NCBI GenBank assembly: GCA_031372065.1 | Contig: JANMKN010000086.1 | Location: 1 to 21,677 of the forward strand | Reading direction: 5' to 3' | DNA length: 21,677 nucleotides | Origin: Abditibacteriaceae bacterium | Lineage (GTDB): Bacteria > Armatimonadota > Abditibacteriia > Abditibacteriales > Abditibacteriaceae | Shown: positions 10,401 through 16,582 of the stretch, piece after piece | How positions within the stretch are numbered: position 1 is the stretch's first letter | Layout of the letters: each line of letters starts with the position of its first letter | Notes under the pieces: generated by a model | What the model saw: only the letters and a program-made list of their open reading frames with translations | The model's database searches: none | What the model was told of the DNA's origin: nothing | Position numbers and translations under genes: made by a program

Positions 10401-11923
10401 CCGTAAGTCACAGTAGTTCCAGTGGGGAGCGCGTTGGCTACGGCTAACTCCACTTGCATGGGACTGCCCGTTGATGAACCGGATGTCAGGATTGTGTTCT
10501 GACTGCCTGTGCCATAAGTATTTGCGGCGCTGAACTTGAATAAGGGTGTGCCTGTGCTGCTATTTTGGTTAAAAAGCGTCAACGAGCCTGCACCTGAAAT
10601 AACTCCTCTGAAGTCAATGGGGCTGGTTTGACCGACCGGATCAATGCGAATCGTCGTATCAGAGGCGAGATTGATGGTGCCCGTTAATCCTGTGCTTGCA
10701 TTGCCAAATCCGCTGTTGAAAAAGTTAAGCGCGCCGTTGCCACCAATTCCGCTGCCATTAAGCGTAAAGTTGTTGGGAATGCTTGGAACTCCGCCAGCGT
10801 GATCCTGAATCGTCAATCGCGAACCAGTAGCTACGGAAACGGCTCCTGTGCCAAGCGAGTTGCCTGTGGCGCTTTTAGCGACCAGTTCACCTGCCACTAT
10901 AGTAGTGCCTCCCGTATAGGTGTTGTTCGTCGTGTTCCCTGCATTACCTAATGTCCAAGTCCCGGAGCCGTCTTTAACGATACCGTAAGTAGCTTGAAGC
11001 GGAATTGTCCCCGTGATGGAGCCATTTCCCACACCTAAAAGGTTGAGTTGACGAGTCGTAATAGAGCCACTAAGAGTAAGAGTTCCAGCGTCAGAACGGA
11101 TTGACACCTGACCACCACCGGAGCCGCTGGTCAAATTAGAAGATAAAGAGTTGCTTCCACTTAAGTTAACTATGTGAGGTGAGGCGTAAGTTCCAACTGA
11201 ATTGCGAGAGGCATTAAGGTTAAGGGCTGTCGTCACGGCAATGTTTCCCGCACTCCCATCCAATTCAAGGCGTGCCAGATCACCATTCCCACCAGAACCC
11301 ACCGTGACGGTTCCAGTTCCTAATGCGTTGGAGTGCGAAATTCGCAGAATGTTGGTTGCAGTAAGATTTCCTACAATCGAAGTCGTGTTGCTTCGCGTGC
11401 TGTTGTTACCAGAGATGATTAATAAGCAGGTGACGACACTGGCGCTGGCGGTTCCGACAGTCGTCGTGCCAGAGTAGGTGTTCGCGCCGGAGAGTGTCAA
11501 AGTGCCGCCCGCTCCGTTCATGGTGAGAGATCCTGCTCCGCCAATAATCAGCGAAACGGTGCTGGTGCCGGAGATATGGCTGGCCGTCAGGCCAGTAGTC
11601 AAGCTAACCGAGTTCCCAGCAAGCGTGTAACCACCCGCTGAAATCGTAATCGAGTTGAAGACTGTGCCGGCGGCGAAGTCATTGGTGTTGGAAAGGTTAG
11701 CGGTGCCAACATTGCTGAACACTAAATCATCACCGGCAACAGGCGCCCCGTTCGTCCAGTTACCGATGTTGGTCCAGTTCGCGTTAGTGTTTCCCGTCCA
11801 GACACGGCTGGTCGCATTCGCCGAACCCGCAAACGCGAATAGCAAACCAAACAGGCACAGCGCGGCGAGGCTGGGCCGAATAGGATGCGGCATACGACGC
11901 AGTTTCGTTAAGGGTTTCAACAT
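4490..11923 (-). CDS. Giant secreted protein (2477 aa): signal peptide + autotransporter-associated beta-strand (PATR) passenger + C25 (gingipain-family) cysteine peptidase module + 3 Calx-beta domains
   Basis: Sec signal (LAALCLFGLLFAFAGSANA). About 10 G(T)L.L.G.NTY.G.TT repeats (~8040-11800). AVDLVSFTA...WETGDEVDNLGFNVYR linker. C25 motifs VEDIYDEFSGG, LLVGD, LGRLPV, FFGHGS (His 5933-5935), MTCLNGYF (Cys 5831-5833), LFGDP. Three EGNSG...GTIxNDD Calx-beta units (~4500-5530). Confidence 0.9.
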   Translation of the reverse strand: MLKPLTKLRRMPHPIRPSLAALCLFGLLFAFAGSANATSRVWTGNTNANWTNIGNWTNGAPVAGDDLVFSNVGTANLSNTNDFAAGTVFNSITISAGGYTLAGNSVSLTTGLTASHISGTSTVSLIIGGAGSLTMNGAGGTLTLSGANTYSGTTTVGTASASVVTCLLIISGNNSTRSNTTSIVGNLTATNILRISHSNALGTGTVTVGSGGNGDLARLELDGSAGNIAVTTALNLNASRNSVGTYASPHIVNLSGSNSLSSNLTSGSGGGQVSIRSDAGTLTLSGSITTRQLNLLGVGNGSITGTIPLQATYGIVKDGSGTWTLGNAGNTTNNTYTGGTTIVAGELVAKSATGNSLGTGAVSVATGSRLTIQDHAGGVPSIPNNFTLNGSGIGGNGALNFFNSGFGNASTGLTGTINLASDTTIRIDPVGQTSPIDFRGVISGAGSLTLFNQNSSTGTPLFKFSAANTYGTGSQNTILTSGSSTGSPMQVELAVANALPTGTTVTYGGTPAGTPTGTFNQNVTLKLNGISQTIGGVAVGVASLNTGGYSIVGNSATASALVVNNSTTNTFGGIIGGIGTNNNNIGLTKSGSGTLILSGANTYTGGTTIGGGPIQMSGATSTIGSVNNNLTINTGGALDLNGVNQGVGQLGGTSVAGNAVYNSVNSNTSTLTVGNNNATGGSFGGIIANTNSGGTGIVALIKTGTGTQTLSGTNTYTGGTTLNRGTLAVGNNSALGTGSFTMSNTTASDTTRIQSADATARTLSNAFGTFAGSTATYAFGNTTGGTGNLTFSNTTSASIGTGARTFQIDNATTEFDAGFTASGSITKTGNGTMILAGANTYSGGTTISAGIFQIGNGGTSGTLAAGVVIDNATLSFNRTNSLTVGNEISGTGTLTQAGSGTTILIATNSYVATSISAGTLQIGNAGITGTLGSGAVTNNATLSFNRTNSLTVSNDISGTGSLTQAGIGTTILAGTNSYDTTTVSTGTLQVGNAGTTGTLGSGAVTNNAALSFNRSDTITVGNAIGGTGLVRQIGGTTILTNTNTYSGKTTITGGVLSISADNNLGTAPGVATAQALTISSGTLQTTATMTLDANRSVAIDTTGRATFDVASGTTLTYGGVISNINSSFHGITKIGNGTLLLNGANTHQGSTIVNAGTLGGSGTIQGTATFASSTVHSPGNSPGIQTVAGNYTLNSGSKLQIEINGATAGTEYDQVVVNGTVTLNNPNLGFTLGFAPAADGVQTFTLIDNNLSDAVVGTFNGIKEGATFNLPFSNTNYTFQISYVGGDGNDVVLTSIPFDANSTAVDLVSFTATHYKDGLWLKWETGDEVDNLGFNVYRVQNGKKVRLNSSLIAGSALRVGNGTHLVAGGSYAWPDESGDVNSQYWLEDVDLNGTSTWHGPIKVSAANGKAALQSSPLLGASPANQAATGPFTKAVTASTVTSVEMPFVLTSIPAGNRGQQWSLAGQQAVKIAVRKTGWYRVTKSQLTAAGLDVTDFNNLQLYADGLPVPVSVGSSYFEFYGVAFDTPTTDTHIYWLVTGSGRARIASQSSGAPGATFAASFPCVVESKPRSIYYSSLLNGEAENFFGPAIYTQAVTQTLPVQNLASSGIVRLEVALQGVSSGAHQVQVQFNGKLLGTVNFTDRAHKIALLTVPLAALIAGSNSVTLTSSGGSDASLLDSLRLTYPRTYRAVNDRLIFSAKSGDTVRIAGFSLGTAPLRLVDVSDPSNPIEIQGQVQTSSSDRSLTFKASATSSRIIAFAKGQFDSPTVAANQPSDWHNAKSADLVIIAHASVKGSVEPLAALRRKQGYVVQVVDVEDIYDEFSGGAHTPQALKDFLANAKSRWQKAPRFGLLVGDSSLDPRNYGGQGDFDLVPTRLIDTATMETASDEWLADFDDNGLAEMSLGRLPVRSAGEASAIINKIVGYAGFQVKEGKKALFVSDTERGFDFNAASTTVAGLLPPTVSKQFLKRDDGDTATVKAQLIQDINQGPLLASFFGHGSIDIWTGARLLANEDASALTNSANLSVILPMTCLNGYFQDPNLDGLAEVLLKAPNGGGAAVWASSGMTNPESQLALSQEMHRQLFKQGSGKPATLGDAIKNAKATSTDSDVQRTWILFGDPTTPILAATIKTPAVTLDDVSVVEGNSGFINANFTVQLSWPSDKTISINAIPYNGSALSPSDYTGGGLRIIFAPGETTKTFSVPVKGDLQAETNETFFVVLSSPVNCSIGRGRGVGTIVNDDVLPSISIDAVRIGEGNSGQRTAAFRLKLSAPSGQVVKVNYATANGTAKSGEDYVAVPATSVAFSAGSVYAYARVLINGDLLNEADETFVVNLTTPANATIMQPQATGTILNDDSAPALSINDVSIAEGNPPSNGAPGTKNLTFTVTLSKASAQAVSVNYATANGTALSASDYAAKTGLLTFAAGQTSKTISVVINGDTIVENDETLFVLLSAGQNATIARARGIGTINNDDSSVTAN
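8820..9430 (-). repeat. Three tandem 204-bp (68-aa) repeats inside the passenger domain
   Basis: LSFNR anchor recurs at 8882, 9086 and 9290 (period 204); unit NATLSFNRTNSLTVGNEISGTGTLTQAGSGTTIL...GTLGSGAVTN. Confidence 0.85.
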
Positions 11924-11957
11924 GAAGTCTCTTTAAATGGACAGAACGCCGTTTTAA

Positions 11958-12665
11958 TTAAGGATTGGGTGGTGCAGGAGTGGTATCTTCGCTGGGGCCG
12001 CCGATGCGACGGGCGTTGAAATAAGCGTCTACGAACAAGTCATGCGCCGCGCTCAGGCCGCGCAGACTCAGAATTAGGTCGTCCATGTCGGCTAAAATGC
12101 CATCCAAGACGCGAAAACGTGGGCGCAACGCGGTGGTTTTCGCTTTGCGCCCACTGCGAGCGGCCACAGGAGCGCCAATCACATCGCCGTAATCGTCAAC
12201 CAAGTCGAGAAAAGCGCCCACTCTGGCCGTCGTGACGCCAAAATGCGGCGCCAAAGGCGGCGTGGTTTCCGTTAGCGCCTCCTGTGCTGCCGTGTGCAAA
12301 GCCGTGGCTTTGCTCAATAAGACGTTTTCCGCCAACTGCGTCCACTCGGTGATGGTCAAGTCCCAAACGGCGGCTTCGGCCAATTGCTCATGCTGCCGAT
12401 AATACAAGCGCAAGGCGCGTCCCAACGGATGCGCGGCGGCTTCGAGTGCGGTTTCCGCCAGATTCTGCTGCTGCGTGATGCCCGTCAACGTTCCCGATTG
12501 CGCGTTGCCAAAAGCGCCTAAATCCGTCGCGCCCGTCTCGAAATCGGCGACACGCTGCGTCAAATACGGCGGCTGGTCGAGCCACAACGCTTCATTGGCC
12601 GGTTCGCGGAGCAGCGTATGAACGCCACTATACATCCTCAATTTGCGTGCAAATTCGTCAATCAT
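11958..12665 (-). CDS. Hypothetical protein, 235 aa, probably all-alpha, with Pro-rich tail
   Basis: Long Ala/Leu-rich ORF with GGAGG RBS at 12674-12678. Ends ...MDDLILSLRG...FVDAYFNARRIGG...PAPPNP. No catalytic motif recognised. Confidence 0.85.
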   Translation of the reverse strand: MIDEFARKLRMYSGVHTLLREPANEALWLDQPPYLTQRVADFETGATDLGAFGNAQSGTLTGITQQQNLAETALEAAAHPLGRALRLYYRQHEQLAEAAVWDLTITEWTQLAENVLLSKATALHTAAQEALTETTPPLAPHFGVTTARVGAFLDLVDDYGDVIGAPVAARSGRKAKTTALRPRFRVLDGILADMDDLILSLRGLSAAHDLFVDAYFNARRIGGPSEDTTPAPPNP

Positions 12666-12709
12666 AATCTAAACCTCCGTTAAATCCCCTATTTTTATGC
12701 TTAACGGGC

Positions 12710-12982
12710 CAATAATTGACTCGAAGAGTTCAATTATTGGCCCGAAGAAACCGATAATTGGCCCGAAGACCTCAATAATTGAGGCAAAGCGGCCAATAAT
12801 TGGCTCGAAGTGGCCAATAATTCACCCGAAGAGTTCAATAATTGGCACCGAGGGTTCAATAATTGACCCGAAGTCCTCAATAATTCACCCGAAGAGTCCA
12901 ATAATTGGCACCGAGGGTTCAATAATTGGCTCGAAGAGAGCGATAATTGACCCGAAGTCCTCAATAATTGGCCCGAAGGCGT
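12710..12982. repeat. Tandem array of 13 exact 21-bp units; consensus CAATAATTG(G/A)CCCGAAGnnnT, with palindromic core CAAT-A-ATTG
   Basis: Unit starts 12710, 12731, 12752, 12773, 12794, 12815, 12836, 12857, 12878, 12899, 12920, 12941, 12962; degenerate 14th at 12983; no indels. Confidence 0.95.
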
Positions 12983-13045
12983 CAATGTTTGGCTATAAAT
13001 TGTTGTTTTCATTGTTGCGGTAGATAACGATTTAAAGTCTTGTTT

Positions 13046-13522
13046 CTACATACAAGCGCCATTGTCACAAATTCCGGGAGATTGGCATTGTCCCCCACTT
13101 GTGCAACTGGCCCCGCTGGGCAACAGGGACGCCGCTTGTGCTGCGGTGGGCGCCACGATGCTGGTGACAACCGCCGCTGCTGCCACGGCGCCCGCTCTAC
13201 GAAACAAATCACGCCGTGAAAGCGACGCGGCTACCGGGCGGCTAACCGTGGATTCCAGCAAGTCGGCGCGACGCAGTTGCTCTAAGGCAAAAGCCACCAC
13301 ATCCACCGTCACTGGAGTTTTAAGCGCGGTAGAGGCACGCGCGGCCACTTCATCAAGCGAAGTTTTGCCGTCGCAAAACTTCCACACCACGGCGGCAGTG
13401 TGACCCAAACAATGCGCTTTATTGCATTTTAGGTCGTAGATTAAAACTTCGTCTGACAACTCTTCTACGACTAATTCCGTCTGGCGGGCACGGGGCACAA
13501 AATCCTCTGTGACATTACTCAT
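13046..13522 (-). CDS. PqqD/RRE-domain protein fused to a Tat-like leader and a 28-aa Cys-rich C-terminal peptide (158 aa)
   Basis: PqqD pattern PRAR..LVVEELSDEVLIYDLKCNKAHCLGHTAAVVWKFCDGKTSLDEVA...ALEQLRRADLL, then SRRDLFRRAGAVAAAAVVTSIVAPTAAQA|ASLLPSGASCTSGGQCQSPGICDNGACM. AAGGAAG RBS before ATG 13522. Confidence 0.88.
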   Translation of the reverse strand: MSNVTEDFVPRARQTELVVEELSDEVLIYDLKCNKAHCLGHTAAVVWKFCDGKTSLDEVAARASTALKTPVTVDVVAFALEQLRRADLLESTVSRPVAASLSRRDLFRRAGAVAAAAVVTSIVAPTAAQAASLLPSGASCTSGGQCQSPGICDNGACM

Positions 13523-13570
13523 AACAGCTTCCTTAGCGATATATTCTGACAAAAAATGTTTAACGTTGCA

Positions 13571-14440
13571 TTAGTTACACAATAATTTTAAATCGGCCTT
13601 TGGCTTGCCTATGCCGCCTAAAATAAGCGGCGCGATTTCATCGGCCTCGCCGCGTGCGCTTTGCACAATGGTAGCGTTGGCTACAGCGCGCTGCAATGTG
13701 GCTAAGGCCAATTGCGGAGCGCGCCGCGCCGAGACGGTATTTTCCAGCAACATCAAAACGCCCCGTCCCGCCGATAATTGACGCGGACGCCACAAAGCGC
13801 CTGCTTTGAATGAACTAATCAGCACCAAACCAATCGGCAACGGCGTTTTCCCGGCGCGGCCCCCGAATGTAGAAAGTGGATATTCCGTCGCATATTGACT
13901 GCCTTCTTCGCGCAAAGAAATCGGCTTATTATAAGGATACACACGGCCCGCTTTGTCCAAAACGGCATATTCATCCGAGTAATAGGTGGCTCCCGCGCGC
14001 ACCAAAGCCGCCGTCAAGGTGGATTTGCCGCTGAAACTGCGGCCCGGAATGACAATCGCCCTACCCTGCCAACCAACCACGCCTGCATGAACAAAAACCC
14101 GATGCGGCGCGTGTTCGGCCACGAAAAGTTGAACATCGGTTTTAAAGGATTCGGTAACATCCGCCGCCACTTCCGAGCGCGCCACACGCTGATGATTCGC
14201 ATAAAGCAAATTGAAACGGCGAATGGCCGATGATTTTTGCGACAAATCAGCCTCAAACGACGGCAACACCACCGAATACAGGCGCTCCACCACCGAACGC
14301 GAGGAAACTTTCCATCCCGCCGGTAATAAACTCAGCAAAAAGTTCAGCGCTGCCTCATTCTTGGCTCTGATACCAAAGCGCACGCCATGAACCAGCACCG
14401 AAACACCCACCGCCCAACCTAAGCGGTCAATGCTGTCCAT
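13571..14440 (-). CDS. HPr-kinase-related P-loop kinase (289 aa)
   Basis: FVHAGVV...AIVIPGRSFSGKSTLTAALVRAGATYYSDE: His + Walker A + SDE signature of HPrK-like kinases. Confidence 0.85.
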   Translation of the reverse strand: MDSIDRLGWAVGVSVLVHGVRFGIRAKNEAALNFLLSLLPAGWKVSSRSVVERLYSVVLPSFEADLSQKSSAIRRFNLLYANHQRVARSEVAADVTESFKTDVQLFVAEHAPHRVFVHAGVVGWQGRAIVIPGRSFSGKSTLTAALVRAGATYYSDEYAVLDKAGRVYPYNKPISLREEGSQYATEYPLSTFGGRAGKTPLPIGLVLISSFKAGALWRPRQLSAGRGVLMLLENTVSARRAPQLALATLQRAVANATIVQSARGEADEIAPLILGGIGKPKADLKLLCN

Positions 14441-14501
14441 TCAAGTGCTGTTCCATTTCAGGCGCACTTGAGCCGAATTCTTCAATACGGGTTGCTCACC
14501 A

Positions 14502-15638
14502 TCAAACATTTTCACTACGACCTTTAAAGGTAAAAGCGCGACTCAAAAAATACCAACATAATTTGGTATACCAAACGCACTGCCACGGCAAAGGCGAAGA
14601 AACGCTCAACGGCACACGCATCGTCACCAACGTTTCAATGGGATTGGGCCAGCGATTTTTCAGCGCACGCATCAAAACAAGAGGATTGCGCAAAGATTTT
14701 CGCAAAGACTTAGCTATCAATTCAGAGGGCGCATGATCAACAATACGAGGCGCATTCCACTGCTTCCAAACTTCCGCCAGCAACCAACGCGGAACCGGCT
14801 GGCTTTTATATTTCACAGGCACACCTTCAAGATCAGCACCCAAAATGCGCTGCGCTAACCCGATGGCAGCGATGATGACTTCCGCTGTTCGCCGGTTTGC
14901 CCCTATACAAACTCGCCAATCAAAATCGCTGGGCCTGTTTTCCAAAGCCACCGCGATATCACAAAGCCACAACGGACGCCACGCTCCGTGACGCATAAAA
15001 TGAATACACAAAACACGTAAATGATCTTCGGGACTGGGAATTCTTATATTGGTCTCGCCCAAAGAAACCACCTGTGAACGCGCAAATAAAGCCTCAATCG
15101 TCAAATCGTAACAACAAGGCAACGAACTTTTGAGGTCAATTTCATGACCTATCACCGAAGCATTAACCGGAATGTCTAACGCTACCGCCGCTACGCTTAG
15201 ATGCTGAGGCCGCACATAAATATCAATATCGCCTAACGGCCTCAAGCCTTTTTGCGGATAAAGCCGCGCACAAGCCCAACCTTTGAGCAGCAAAGCTTCA
15301 ATTCCAGCGTCCTGCAATTTTTGAAAAACCTCTTGGATTTTGCGCTCGCTCAACGACGCCTGCAAAATCTGCATCCGATAATTCTCTTTTAGCTCGCCAC
15401 CAGCCGCGCTCTCACGCATCTCCGTTTGCCCAATGCGCCACCAACCCAAACCCGCCGCCCCAGAACCCGTGAGCAACGGTGCAACTGCCGCTAACGCAAC
15501 TGAATCAAAATGAACCAGAGACGGTTCAAAGCGCCATGAGCTGGACAAAATCTCAGCTACTTTTCTACCCGCTCCCAATCTCAAAGCATTGCCCCAATTT
15601 TTAGTTTCAAACTCTTTAGTTTCAGACTCTATCGCCAC
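14502..15638 (-). CDS. Nucleotidyltransferase family protein (NTP_transf_5-like), 378 aa
   Basis: LLLKGWACARLYPQKGLRPLGDIDIYV and PSPEDHLRVLCIHFMRHGAWRPLWLCDIA motifs; GTG start. Confidence 0.85.
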   Translation of the reverse strand: MAIESETKEFETKNWGNALRLGAGRKVAEILSSSWRFEPSLVHFDSVALAAVAPLLTGSGAAGLGWWRIGQTEMRESAAGGELKENYRMQILQASLSERKIQEVFQKLQDAGIEALLLKGWACARLYPQKGLRPLGDIDIYVRPQHLSVAAVALDIPVNASVIGHEIDLKSSLPCCYDLTIEALFARSQVVSLGETNIRIPSPEDHLRVLCIHFMRHGAWRPLWLCDIAVALENRPSDFDWRVCIGANRRTAEVIIAAIGLAQRILGADLEGVPVKYKSQPVPRWLLAEVWKQWNAPRIVDHAPSELIAKSLRKSLRNPLVLMRALKNRWPNPIETLVTMRVPLSVSSPLPWQCVWYTKLCWYFLSRAFTFKGRSENV

Positions 15639-15756
15639 TATATTGCCTTAGGAAGAAACATCAAGACTACAGTCGGCAATACGCGTTGCTTCGTGGCTGA
15701 CCATGTGCAAATGAGACACATATTTCCACTCCTTTCGCCATACCAACTTGCCCATT

Positions 15757-15790
15757 TTGACACTCCCCCACGGCTAAAGCCGGGGGATTC
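15757..15790 (-). mobile_element. IS200/IS605-family right end (subterminal hairpin + TCAA)
   Basis: Minus strand GAATCCCCCGGCTTTAGCCGTGGGGGAGTGTCAA, the canonical right-end hairpin and terminal tetranucleotide of TnpB elements. Confidence 0.88.
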
Positions 15791-15847
15791 TTGGTTCAAC
15801 GAGAACCGCTTCCGTTGCCGAAAGTCTGTCATTCTCTCCCCAAGCGT

Positions 15848-16006
15848 TTAACTTTCCGAGTGCCCCTCGGTTGTTGTTGCCCAAAATTCCAAGCCTTTTG
15901 CAAGGATATTCAGGGCTGCGTTTTCGTCTCGGTCTAAGACCAATTCGCATTTCGGACATTGATGGGTGCGTTCCGAAAGAGACTTTTGCACTCGCGTTCC
16001 ACAACC
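15848..16006 (-). pseudogene. tnpB: TnpB C-terminal remnant (Zn-ribbon + RuvC-III)
   Basis: GCGTRVQKSLSERTHQCPKCELVLDRDENAALNILAKGL; everything upstream is missing. Confidence 0.88.
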
Positions 16007-16057
16007 CCGATTTGGTAAACGAACACATACAGTCGGCATAATTTATCTTTCCCCGTT

Positions 16058-16582
16058 TTATTCTTCAAAGCTCTCTCGCAGTGTTTTGTAGGAGAGGAAA
16101 AGCCGCATTGGGTTCTCCGAGGCGGTTATCATATCAAAGCGTTCATAGAAGGCTTTAGCTTCTTCGTCTTTGGCATCCACCATAAAAAAGCGGACGGGTG
16201 CTGCGCCGGATTGCATGACAGCCCAAGTGCGCCGTGTGGCATCCATAAACAGATCGTGCCCCATGCCATGCCCTTGCCAATTCCGATCAACGGCAAAGCG
16301 CGCCATGAGCATAGCGGGAATGGAAGACGGCATACCGCGCCCCAGTTTTTTAGGCGCTTCCGATTGCAAAACCGAAGCGTGTGTAAGTGTGTAATAGCCG
16401 ACCACAACCACGCCGCTTGTCGCTACATAAGTGCGCGACAGCATGGCGTTTTGCTTATCGAAGGCGTGCCGTTTGAGGAACTCGTTTAAGGGCGCTTTGC
16501 CACAATCGAAAGCCGTCGTATCATGTTCGGCAGCGAGAGGCTGCGGTGGATTGACCGGCTCAATTGGATTAATTTTAGACAT
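16058..16582 (-). CDS. GNAT acetyltransferase toxin (TacT/AtaT-like), 174 aa
   Basis: HDTTAFDCGKAPLNEFLK, VGYYTL, IPAMLMARFAVDRNWQGHGMG (acetyl-CoA motif), VDAKDEEAKAFYERF. ATG 16582 overlaps the antitoxin end. Confidence 0.92.
   Translation of the reverse strand: MSKINPIEPVNPPQPLAAEHDTTAFDCGKAPLNEFLKRHAFDKQNAMLSRTYVATSGVVVVGYYTLTHASVLQSEAPKKLGRGMPSSIPAMLMARFAVDRNWQGHGMGHDLFMDATRRTWAVMQSGAAPVRFFMVDAKDEEAKAFYERFDMITASENPMRLFLSYKTLRESFEE

Noticed and set aside
4490..11923. Classical type V autotransporter
   Set aside because: The C-terminus is Calx-beta, with no beta-barrel translocator.
1453..11936. Many short + strand and alternate-frame ORFs within fkp and the giant gene
   Set aside because: Antisense or shadow ORFs of long, well-supported genes, with no motifs.
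12710..12982. CRISPR or TIGR-type guide array
   Set aside because: The period is only 21 bp, the variable parts are a few nt long and recur between units, and no cas or Nop-domain gene is nearby.
12697..13023. 108-aa (+) and 92-aa (-) heptad-repeat ORFs over the array
   Set aside because: Open frames are expected from a 21-bp period; there is no RBS, and conservation is at nucleotide level. Not called as CDS, though not strictly excluded.
11925..13041. TSD or TIR bounding the array+gene cassette (TTTAAA-containing motifs at ~11932 and ~13031)
   Set aside because: Only 6-8 AT-rich bases match, which is not significant.
13046..15638. Lasso peptide or PQQ biosynthesis cluster
   Set aside because: No lasso cyclase, B2 protease or lasso precursor, and no pqqA/B/C/E in the window.
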